Of a stretch of DNA of 64,000 nucleotides, positions 28,215 to 36,443 are shown in pieces; positions within the stretch are counted from its first letter, which is position 1; each line of letters opens with the position of its first letter. The stretch lies in the IMG/VR virus record IMGVR_UViG_3300021185_002017. The stretch is one strand, 5' to 3'. Both the position numbers and the translations under genes were made by a program. Origin of the DNA: a virus (lineage: Duplodnaviria; Caudoviricetes). The notes below the pieces were generated by a model. That model saw only the letters and a list, made by a program, of their open reading frames with translations. It was not told the DNA's origin and searched no databases.

Positions 28215-29165
28215 TTAATCATTCTCATTATCCTCCGCTGACTTTTTGTCGTTAGAGGGGTTAGTTTTCAATTCTTCTGTGTCAGTACCGTCGACTGTAC
28301 CTAGTGTGATGTCATCCGATTCTAACGGATAATTTATTTTCCAGAAACCTCTTTCGTCTCCTTGTTCGATGAGAGCATACACTGCGGCTTCTATCGCTGA
28401 CCTGACCGCCCATGTTACACTTTCATTCTCTGTCATACCACTCTCAAGTTCGAGTAACTTTGTATCCATGTCAAGAAACTTGAATACATCACCACCCATG
28501 CCAACACTGAGAATAGTTTTGTATGTCTGTACATTTATGATCACTTCCCCAGTAAGTACACTAACTGCTCTAAGAGAAACTACAACGCTGTCTCTTCTAT
28601 ATTGATTAGTTGTGCCTATTCCTAGGTAACGAGCACCATTTCCACCGGTCTCAATATTAGAGTCGTAGCCTATGACGCCGCCTTCTAATATCACTCCCGC
28701 AAATAATAATGGTTGTACATCCTGTGGAGGAGTTTCAGCCGTAGCATAACTATCACGTGTGCTACGGATTATCTGTCTTTCTCTCACAAGATTATCTAGA
28801 CCCAACCCTCTTTCAACTACTCTGAACCAGGTTCCTTTAGGATCTGAATCAGCGCCTGCTGCTTTGAGTGCGTCTATTAATAAAGATTTTGCACCTTGGG
28901 TAACTGCGGTACTAAAACTAGCCGCCCCATCTGTACTCAATCTTTGTCCTGTTAAGTCGTCAAACTTGTATACTGCTACAATCGGTCTTGTTGCCGCTGG
29001 TGGCAGTTGTCGTAATTTTTTATATGTTGGTAGTTGTACTTCTCTAGGCTCTTCTATACATTCTAAAAAGCCAGTGTTACAGTTCGAATCGCCAGGCAGT
29101 GCCATACTTGCACAACCTGAGAACAAGCCTACACACATAAATGCAATTGCTATATTCTTAAACAT
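28215..29165 (-). CDS. csgG: Curli secretion channel lipoprotein CsgG
   Basis: Lipobox FSGC; VAVYKFDDLTGQ, FSTAVTQG, WFRVVER.GL.NL..ERQIIR, EGGVIGYDSN, ESVTWAVR.AIE.AV motifs. Confidence 0.93.
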   Translation of the reverse strand: MFKNIAIAFMCVGLFSGCASMALPGDSNCNTGFLECIEEPREVQLPTYKKLRQLPPAATRPIVAVYKFDDLTGQRLSTDGAASFSTAVTQGAKSLLIDALKAAGADSDPKGTWFRVVERGLGLDNLVRERQIIRSTRDSYATAETPPQDVQPLLFAGVILEGGVIGYDSNIETGGNGARYLGIGTTNQYRRDSVVVSLRAVSVLTGEVIINVQTYKTILSVGMGGDVFKFLDMDTKLLELESGMTENESVTWAVRSAIEAAVYALIEQGDERGFWKINYPLESDDITLGTVDGTDTEELKTNPSNDKKSAEDNEND

Positions 29166-29701
29166 TAGCCGCCTATACTTCCGATTCCGATCGGTATTTC
29201 AATTTCAGTGATACTGCCATCTGGAGCAACAATGGTAAGTCTAATTACTTCCATTCCATCTTCTGTATAAGTTCTTAAGTAAGACACTGAATTACCTTCA
29301 ATCGTAAATTCGCCTGCATCTGAGTTTGTACATGTAATAACTGTTGCTGGGTCACAGAACATACTGTCTACCAATCCTTTTGATATTTGTGCGTATATTC
29401 TAGACTCTAAATTTCTTATGAATTTGTTTATTGTGCTGTTAGCATCTTCTCGTTCTGCTTGTCTTAGTGCAGACTCGATGTCGTCTTTGATTTTATCTCT
29501 ACGACTTTTTTCTTGGTTTTCAATAGTTAGGTAATGTGCTCCAGTACCTATACCATTAAAACTTGGTGATTTAAATTTGTGAACCAATTGGTCAGCGGTT
29601 GCTGTACTTGGTAGTAATAATAGCATGCCTAATAAAATGTAGCCTAGTACTAATAAAGGCGTATCCTTTGGTCTCATTTCGTTAAGTTTCTTGTCTATCA
29701 T
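29165..29701 (-). CDS. csgF: Curli assembly component CsgF
   Basis: Signal peptide followed by LVHKFKSPSFNG, matching the CsgF N-terminal FxxPxFxG motif; coupled to csgG. Confidence 0.85.
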   Translation of the reverse strand: MIDKKLNEMRPKDTPLLVLGYILLGMLLLLPSTATADQLVHKFKSPSFNGIGTGAHYLTIENQEKSRRDKIKDDIESALRQAEREDANSTINKFIRNLESRIYAQISKGLVDSMFCDPATVITCTNSDAGEFTIEGNSVSYLRTYTEDGMEVIRLTIVAPDGSITEIEIPIGIGSIGG

Positions 29702-29704
29702 AGT

Positions 29705-29995
29705 CTATTCCTTCCTGTTTGTCTTTAACTGTTCTTCTGTTTGTGCATCCTTTATAATTTGTTCTTTGGCTTTATATTCTAAAACAACATTTACTTTTTG
29801 CTGTAATCTAATTAAATCTTGATCAAGCATACGAGTTTTGTCAATAACTTTAATTAAAGCCATGTGCATTTCTTCTAGAGCAGGATCAATTTCTTCTCCT
29901 ATGAACTTCCAGATAAAATACACAAAATATCCGAGGCCAACTGCCATCACTACAGGAAACCCGTAATCGTTAATAGCGTTGACTATTTCTTCCAT
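29705..29995 (-). CDS. Single-TM coiled-coil membrane protein (paralog of 30199-30495)
   Basis: INDYGFP + TM + heptad-rich tail. Confidence 0.7.
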   Translation of the reverse strand: MEEIVNAINDYGFPVVMAVGLGYFVYFIWKFIGEEIDPALEEMHMALIKVIDKTRMLDQDLIRLQQKVNVVLEYKAKEQIIKDAQTEEQLKTNRKE

Positions 29996-29996
29996 T

Positions 29997-30197
29997 TTAT
30001 TCTTCTTCTTCTACTAGTGTTGCCTCAATGTGTTCAAATCTGTCTATATCAAATTTCTTAAACACAATTGTGCCGTGTTTGTCTTCTGTTACAATAAATG
30101 TATCACCTGCTTTAAATCCTATTTGCTCTAATGATAATTCCTTGTCTAATTTCAATCCTTCCTCTGTAGTTTCTAGCTCATATTCTAGATATCGCAA
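29997..30197 (-). CDS. Small hypothetical protein (possibly AbrB/SpoVT-like fold)
   Basis: 66 aa, L..IGFKAGDTF.V pattern; TTG start; fold call is weak. Confidence 0.45.
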   Translation of the reverse strand: MRYLEYELETTEEGLKLDKELSLEQIGFKAGDTFIVTEDKHGTIVFKKFDIDRFEHIEATLVEEEE

Positions 30198-30198
30198 A

Positions 30199-30495
30199 CT
30201 AGTCTCTCCTTACATCAATTTTGCCTTCTTCAATGAAGTTTTCAGCTCTAGCAATACGTTCTATATCTGGTCTTAACTCTAAGGCACTACTAACTAACAT
30301 ATCAATCTTAATCATTTCGTTTGACATTGTTGTAGCTCTATTTTCTAAACTTTTACAAAAAATAGTTAAAGTTTTAACTTGCTCAACAACACCTTGGAGT
30401 ATTTGTTTTATAACTAAAAATATAAAGAAACCCATTACAATACTTCCAGCAATCGGTGCGCCAACATCGCCTATTAATTGAAAAATCTCGGTCAT
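30199..30495 (-). CDS. Single-TM coiled-coil membrane protein (paralog of 29705-29995)
   Basis: IGDVGAP + TM + heptad-rich tail; GGAG RBS; first gene of the curli cassette. Confidence 0.7.
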   Translation of the reverse strand: MTEIFQLIGDVGAPIAGSIVMGFFIFLVIKQILQGVVEQVKTLTIFCKSLENRATTMSNEMIKIDMLVSSALELRPDIERIARAENFIEEGKIDVRRD

Positions 30496-30585
30496 TGATT
30501 ACTCCGCCGTTTTATAATGTGTTCTTTACGGTGTTTACTGTATATGTGTATCACTCGTTATAGGAAGCCTACCTACCTATAACAG

Positions 30586-30593
30586 TATTTATG
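30586..30593 (-). promoter_or_regulatory. Late-type promoter (CATAAATA) heading the curli cassette
   Basis: Sits just after a strong terminator and is followed by an 8 bp hairpin (30557-30583). Confidence 0.55.
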
Positions 30594-30606
30594 ACTTTGG
30601 AGCCAT

Positions 30607-30634
30607 AAAAAAAGCACTCCGAAGAGTGCTTTTT
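30607..30634 (-). terminator. Rho-independent terminator with C(UUCG)G loop
   Basis: Same AAAAGCACTC-TTCG-GAGTGCTTTT stem-loop as 8910-8937, after the tail fibre gene. Confidence 0.85.
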
Positions 30635-30653
30635 ATAATACCTAAGTATTGGT

Positions 30654-33600
30654 TTACATCATGTTAACTAGTACTTCGATAACGCCTTCGCCGTCTTCGT
30701 TTGCACTAATTGCTTTACCAATGATATGTCCTGCTTGTGCTGCATTGTCTGCTTTAGCCATGCCGCCTTGTGCTGAAACAAGTAAGTCACCTTTAGCAAC
30801 TGGACCGCTTACCTTACAAGGTACTCGTCCTGCTAATGCTACTGGTAATGCTATACCTGGGCAGTCTGCATTCATTAAGTGAGCTGGGTCTGTTGAGATA
30901 ACACCAACTACAGCACTGTCGCTTTCGCTGTCTGTTGCTGTAATTTCTTTCTCGCCACCAAACTTAACAACTGTGCCTGCTTCGTATTCTGCATCTGCTT
31001 CATAGTTCTCAGCCAAGTCAGCGTATCTTGCTGAAGTTGCTGTTGCACTAATTGTACCAGCACTAAAGTTACCTGAGCTGTCTCTTGCTACAACTTTACT
31101 TGCTGTGTTAGCACTTGTTGCATCAACTGATACTGTATCTGCTGCTACTACAATGTAAGATCCTGCACCAACATTTAGTGTTGCGCCACCGCTTGTAGCA
31201 CCACCTGTTAAACCAGATCCTGCTGTAACTGCTGTAATGTCACCAACTGTTGTTGAATAACCGTAACTTAAAATCTTGTCTTCAATAGCTGCTGAAGTCA
31301 TTAACGATGTATCGTTGTTTGCAAAACTCTCTGTACTTATTTGTAGTGTACTACCTGCAAAGTGAGAAGTTGTTAAACCACTTACATTTAATGTTGCTGT
31401 ACCACTTGAAGCACCGCCACTTAAACCAGATCCTGCTGTAACACCAGTGATGTAACCTGTATCTGTTAAACTAATAGCACCTGTGCTATCATCATATGTA
31501 ATACCAGTTCCGCCACTAAACAATCCTCTGATTGTAGCATCACTTCTATCTGAGTCTGTGAAACTAATTACACCAGTTGTGCTGTTGTATGAAATGTCAC
31601 CACTTGCACTAATTGCTGCTCTAGCTCTTGCAGTTGTATGGTAAAGGTTAGTTGAACCTTCACTAACACCGTCTGTATCACTCTGTGTATAACTAATAAC
31701 ACCTGTTCCTGAGTTATAAGAAAGTGAACCAGTTGCACTAATTGCTGCTCTAGCTCTTGCTGTTGTATGATATAAGTTACTTGAACCTTCTGAAACATCG
31801 TCAGTGTCGCCACTTAGTTCGCTTAAAGCATCTTTTGTATCAACTTGTGCATCAACATAAGTTTTTACTGCTAACTGTGATGGTGCTAAACTATCTGAAG
31901 CACTTGCAAAAGAGTCATCATCGTCAATTGCTGCTTGTACTCTAGCATCTGCTAATGTATTAACATATGAATCAGTAATCGAAACGCTGTCTGCTGCTAC
32001 AGTAATACCATTTCCGCCTACAACATTCAATGTAACTGCACCACTAGTGCCGCCACCTGTTAAACCATTACCTGCTGTTACTGCTTCAATGTCACCTGCA
32101 TCGTTAGTGAAACTAATTACACCAGTTGTACTGTTGTATGAAATGTCACCACTTGCACTAATTAAAGCTCTAACTTCGCCATCTGTTCTTTCAGTAAAAC
32201 TCATTACACCAGTTGAACTGTTGTATGCTAAGTCACCACTTCCACTAATTGCTGCTCTTGCATCACCGTCTGCGTATTGAGTAATAGTTGTTGCAATAGC
32301 ACCGTCTGTTACAGTAATACCTGTACTAGCACTAAAGTGAGCTCTTACTTCTGAAGCACTTGGACCTGTGTAAGTAATAACACCTGTTCCTGAGTTGTAT
32401 GCTAAACTTCCGTCTCCACCAGCATCTGTTACACTGATATGAGCTCTTGCTTCACTTGCACTTGGACCTGTGTAAGTAATTACACCAGTTGTGCCGTTAT
32501 ATGCTAAACTTCCGTCTCCGCCTGCGTCTGATACTGAAACAGCACCTCTTGCTCTTGCATTTGTGAAGTATAAGTTACTTGAACCTTCAACTAAGTCGTC
32601 AGTTTCAGTAGCAATCTTAAAGTTTGTAGAACCATCATTTGTAAACTGCCATTGGCCTTCACTTTCGTCCCATATAAGACTTACATCTGCACTTGAACCT
32701 CTGTTTACAGTTAAACCTGCATCTTCACTTGGAGCACCACTTGCGTCTCTGTTTAATTCAATAACGCTATCTGCTAATGCAGTAATTTGTGAATTAACAA
32801 TAGTTTGTGTACCACTAATTGTAACGTTACCGTTAAACACTGCATCGTCACTGTATGTCTTAGCACCTGCTACTGTTTGAGCACCACTTGTTCTTACTAC
32901 TGTTGTATCAACATCTACTGTTCCTGCACTGTAATCAATACCATCGCCGCCTACTAAGTGAGCGTCAATTCTTGCTTCAGTTTCTGCTGCACTAACACCT
33001 GTAAATGTAAGTACACCTGTGCTGTTGTTATATGCTAATGAACCATCACCACCTGCGTCAGTTACACTAAGGTGAGCTCTTACTTCAGTAGCACTTGGCC
33101 CTGTAAATGTAAGTACACCAGTTGAACTGTTATATGCTAATGAACCATCACCACCTGAGTCTGTTACGCTGACAGCTGCTCTAGCTCTTGCATCTGTATA
33201 ATACTGATTTGAACTACCTTCTGCTACTGCGTCACTATCAACTGCATCAACGTATGCTTTAGTAGCTGCGTCTTGTGCTTCAACTGGATCATCAACATTA
33301 TTAATGTTGCTACTGTTCATGTTAATGTTTGAACCAAACTTAACACCGCCTGTTGAACTGATTGTTTTAGCTGCTGTAAGTACAACATCTGACTTGAGCT
33401 GGATTGAACCACCTGATGTCATTTCCAAGTCACCGGAGCCAGTAGTTAAAATACTAATGTTCTGGTTATTGTCTGCACTAAATTGAATTGTTCCTGAATT
33501 ATCTTCAAGTACTTTTTGTCCGTTAACGTAAAGTGATCCTGGACCAACATATACATCTTTCCATACTTTGGAAGCACTACCTAATGAGTATGTATTGCTG

Positions 33601-33887
33601 ACACTAGGTATCAAATTACCTTCTAAGTCTTCGTAGTCTATTGCAAGTGTTGCTGCACCATCTGCTGCTCCACCTGTTAAACCTGAGCCTGCTACAACCG
33701 ATGTAATATCACCTGTTGCCGCAGCTACTACCTCATCGTACTTTGCTAATCGTGTGCCACCAGCAGTAGACCCGTCGTGGACACGAATTGTATCCAAATC
33801 GGTATCGACCGTGATTTCACCTACTAAGCCTGTAAATGAGCTGTGTTGTGCGGTCGTACCGCGTCTAAACTGAATAGCTGTTGCCAT
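30654..33887 (-). CDS. Tail fibre/spike protein with Mtd_N-like N-terminus, internal repeats and C-terminal autoproteolytic chaperone (peptidase G2-like)
   Basis: IQFRRGTT...GEITVDTD...VHDG.TAGG; repeats EGSSNLY.T.ARAR and D.GGDGSLAYN; C-terminus ARYADLAENY...GVIST.PA.LMN...VALAGRVPCKV; GATAAATA at 33935-33942. Confidence 0.85.
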   Translation of the reverse strand: MATAIQFRRGTTAQHSSFTGLVGEITVDTDLDTIRVHDGSTAGGTRLAKYDEVVAAATGDITSVVAGSGLTGGAADGAATLAIDYEDLEGNLIPSVSNTYSLGSASKVWKDVYVGPGSLYVNGQKVLEDNSGTIQFSADNNQNISILTTGSGDLEMTSGGSIQLKSDVVLTAAKTISSTGGVKFGSNINMNSSNINNVDDPVEAQDAATKAYVDAVDSDAVAEGSSNQYYTDARARAAVSVTDSGGDGSLAYNSSTGVLTFTGPSATEVRAHLSVTDAGGDGSLAYNNSTGVLTFTGVSAAETEARIDAHLVGGDGIDYSAGTVDVDTTVVRTSGAQTVAGAKTYSDDAVFNGNVTISGTQTIVNSQITALADSVIELNRDASGAPSEDAGLTVNRGSSADVSLIWDESEGQWQFTNDGSTNFKIATETDDLVEGSSNLYFTNARARGAVSVSDAGGDGSLAYNGTTGVITYTGPSASEARAHISVTDAGGDGSLAYNSGTGVITYTGPSASEVRAHFSASTGITVTDGAIATTITQYADGDARAAISGSGDLAYNSSTGVMSFTERTDGEVRALISASGDISYNSTTGVISFTNDAGDIEAVTAGNGLTGGGTSGAVTLNVVGGNGITVAADSVSITDSYVNTLADARVQAAIDDDDSFASASDSLAPSQLAVKTYVDAQVDTKDALSELSGDTDDVSEGSSNLYHTTARARAAISATGSLSYNSGTGVISYTQSDTDGVSEGSTNLYHTTARARAAISASGDISYNSTTGVISFTDSDRSDATIRGLFSGGTGITYDDSTGAISLTDTGYITGVTAGSGLSGGASSGTATLNVSGLTTSHFAGSTLQISTESFANNDTSLMTSAAIEDKILSYGYSTTVGDITAVTAGSGLTGGATSGGATLNVGAGSYIVVAADTVSVDATSANTASKVVARDSSGNFSAGTISATATSARYADLAENYEADAEYEAGTVVKFGGEKEITATDSESDSAVVGVISTDPAHLMNADCPGIALPVALAGRVPCKVSGPVAKGDLLVSAQGGMAKADNAAQAGHIIGKAISANEDGEGVIEVLVNMM

Positions 33888-33946
33888 TTTATATTCCCCT
33901 AAATCTTTGTTAGAAAATGATTTTTATTTAACACTATTTATCATTA

Positions 33947-35341
33947 TTACTTAATTAGCCACCTTTCTAAGTCATCTGAGATATCAGCCAACTTGATCCA
34001 TGACTCGCCTGTTACTTGTCCCTTACACACAATTGCACATCCGTGTGTTATCACTGGTGCCCACTCGTTGCGTACTGTCCTACTTTTATATTCCTGTTGT
34101 CTTTCGAATTCTGGCGTTTCGTGTCCTGTGTACATATCTTCGCCGTTTGTGTGAGTTTCATACACTACTGTATTTTCTGGTTGCAGAAAATTTCTAGGTA
34201 GTGTAGAGTTGAAATGACTCTCAATAGTATGGTCTCTGTTTTCCCATTCCATTATGTGTACTCCAAGCTCTTTTTTATTCCCACGCTCATCAGCGTAATA
34301 TTTGTCTTGCCAGTAATTCCAGCCTGCTCCGCCGATCACTGCTGGGTTTTTAGAAACCACCCCAACAATGTCGTCACCTTCACCTGCAGTTACTAATTTG
34401 CCTTTAGGGCTAAGTGCAACTACAAATCCGGTTCTATCTTCTCTGCGAGGATTACCGTCTCCCCACTCAAACATTTCTGCATAACCTGAATTGTTACTGT
34501 GTACTGCACCGTCGCTAAATACTGCTCCTGTGCCGTCTACTGTAAATACTTTTTGTGCATAAGGATCGCCGTTTTCCATACTTTGATTCTTTGCTTCAAT
34601 AAAATTGTATGATTTATTATTGGTTGCCTGCGTTTCGATATCTATCATGTTACCATGAAAGAATCTACTAGGTGCATAACCGTGGAATACATTTCTGTTA
34701 TTATTAGGCTGATACACATTCAATCTACTTTGTGTATCGTCGTGCATAAGTCCTAATGACAAATCGCCTGCTCCAGTTAAATTTATTCCCTGTCTATTTT
34801 TTCTACTAACGCCTCTAAATAAAAATGCATTGCTATCATCAGCATCACTTTCAATTAGCAAACCTCTTACAGTTCCTTTACCGTCAACTGGCAAAGATGC
34901 TTCACTGTTATAATTAGATCTAATATGAACACTACCTGGCCCAATTGCTTTTGGTGACTGTGTTCCTATTCCAAGTGCTCCGCCTTTGTTAAAGCTCTGC
35001 ATTACAAGTTCACCTTTAGTAACATTAAGGCCATCTTTAGTGCCACTGAATCTAAATGTTTCAGGCCCTGCAAGTACTAATTCCGTTTTGCTTAGTGTTG
35101 CTTCCACTTTGTCCTTTGTTTTTTCAATGTGATCAAGTCTTTTGTTTTCTGCAATTACTTGTTCTCTAATTTCTTTATATAACTCTTTCTTTAATTCTGC
35201 TTTAAATTCTGCTAACGCATCTGCTGTAGTAGGTTCCTTCTTTTTTCTTGCGGTTCCTATTGGCTGCGTTTCTTGTTTTTTCTCTACCTTTTCTACCTTT
35301 TTCTTTACTACTGGTTGTGTGTCTTTTTTAACTCTTGGCAT
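33947..35341 (-). CDS. Virion appendage protein with C-terminal peptidase G2-like domain
   Basis: GYAEMFEWGDGNP..EDR.G.VV...DIVGVVS..P pattern, like phi29 appendage chaperones; highly charged N-terminus. Confidence 0.65.
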   Translation of the reverse strand: MPRVKKDTQPVVKKKVEKVEKKQETQPIGTARKKKEPTTADALAEFKAELKKELYKEIREQVIAENKRLDHIEKTKDKVEATLSKTELVLAGPETFRFSGTKDGLNVTKGELVMQSFNKGGALGIGTQSPKAIGPGSVHIRSNYNSEASLPVDGKGTVRGLLIESDADDSNAFLFRGVSRKNRQGINLTGAGDLSLGLMHDDTQSRLNVYQPNNNRNVFHGYAPSRFFHGNMIDIETQATNNKSYNFIEAKNQSMENGDPYAQKVFTVDGTGAVFSDGAVHSNNSGYAEMFEWGDGNPRREDRTGFVVALSPKGKLVTAGEGDDIVGVVSKNPAVIGGAGWNYWQDKYYADERGNKKELGVHIMEWENRDHTIESHFNSTLPRNFLQPENTVVYETHTNGEDMYTGHETPEFERQQEYKSRTVRNEWAPVITHGCAIVCKGQVTGESWIKLADISDDLERWLIK

Positions 35342-35365
35342 GTGTGTGTCCTATTGCTATTATGT

Positions 35366-36340
35366 TTAACTTACTATTGCTCTGTCTGTGATTCTTCTCC
35401 AGTTACTGCCATCGCTAAATGCCATAACTGCTCCACCAGTCTCATCGCTTACATAAATCATTTGACCTGCTACCGATGCGTCTGGTAAATTTGCTACTAC
35501 ATAAGAATCACTTGTTGGACCAAATGTATCCTTGATGTACTCAAAGTCGCCAACTGTTGCTGACTCCTCTACTGTACCAAAACTGATTATCATATTTGCT
35601 GTATCTGCTACAGAGCCGTAATCTGAAATAGGTTCAAATAATACGCCTTGTACGACACCAGTTTTTAATGTACTTGAACTTTTATCGTATGTTAATGCAT
35701 CGTTGCCTCCGAAAGAACCACTGTCGTTAAACTGTATATCAGTGTTTCCACCTTCTGGGTTTGCACTAACTGTTGTGAACGAAAGTGCTCCACTTCCATC
35801 TGTAACAACTACTTGACCTGCTGAGCCATCTGCTGTTGGAAGTGAGTATGCATTATTGATTGTGGTTGCACTACCTTGTACCTTAAAGACTTCGTTAGTG
35901 TTGTCTGCGTCATATACTTTAAATATAGGATCACTACTACTGCTGTTATCTCTTATGCGTACTTGAGTTGCTGTACCGTTTGAATGTCTTAAATCTAGTG
36001 CTGAACCAGAGAACTGAAGGCTTGGATTTGTTCCTAATCTTAAATTACCGTTAACAAATAATCTTTCATTAGATGCTGTTGAACCTATGCTAACTGTATC
36101 GTTTGTGCTGTCAACAAATAAAGTACCGTCATCAACATTTAATTCAGTTAAAGTTTCACCTATATTCTTCCAACTTGTTTCGTAGATATCTAACGTTGCG
36201 TTAGCAGAGTCAAAGAATAAGTCACCGTTTGATATATCAGCAGACGGTCTTGTACCTGTTGATATTTTGCTACCACTGTCTTTCTTTCCGATCTTGAATT
36301 CAGATGTAGTGGTACCTTTGAAATTTCCAAAAATTGCCAT
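35366..36340 (-). CDS. Tail fibre-associated structural protein
   Basis: G/S/T-rich beta-type sequence (LPTADGSAGQVVVTDGSG.LSF; C-terminal GQMIYVSDETGG...FSDG.NWRR); GATAAATA at 36414-36421. Confidence 0.7.
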   Translation of the reverse strand: MAIFGNFKGTTTSEFKIGKKDSGSKISTGTRPSADISNGDLFFDSANATLDIYETSWKNIGETLTELNVDDGTLFVDSTNDTVSIGSTASNERLFVNGNLRLGTNPSLQFSGSALDLRHSNGTATQVRIRDNSSSSDPIFKVYDADNTNEVFKVQGSATTINNAYSLPTADGSAGQVVVTDGSGALSFTTVSANPEGGNTDIQFNDSGSFGGNDALTYDKSSSTLKTGVVQGVLFEPISDYGSVADTANMIISFGTVEESATVGDFEYIKDTFGPTSDSYVVANLPDASVAGQMIYVSDETGGAVMAFSDGSNWRRITDRAIVS

Positions 36341-36443
36341 TTATTTCCCCGGTTAGTTCAGAGTGTGTAAATACACACTGTCAGTGCAATTGCACTGTCT
36401 AGTCCGTTGTATGTATTTATCTTTTTGGAAAGTATCTTAGGGT

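Noticed and set aside
30654-33887. Diversity-generating retroelement suggested by the Mtd_N-like N-terminus
   Set aside because: No reverse transcriptase and no adenine-specific TR/VR repeat pair in the window; the shared blocks differ at ordinary synonymous positions.
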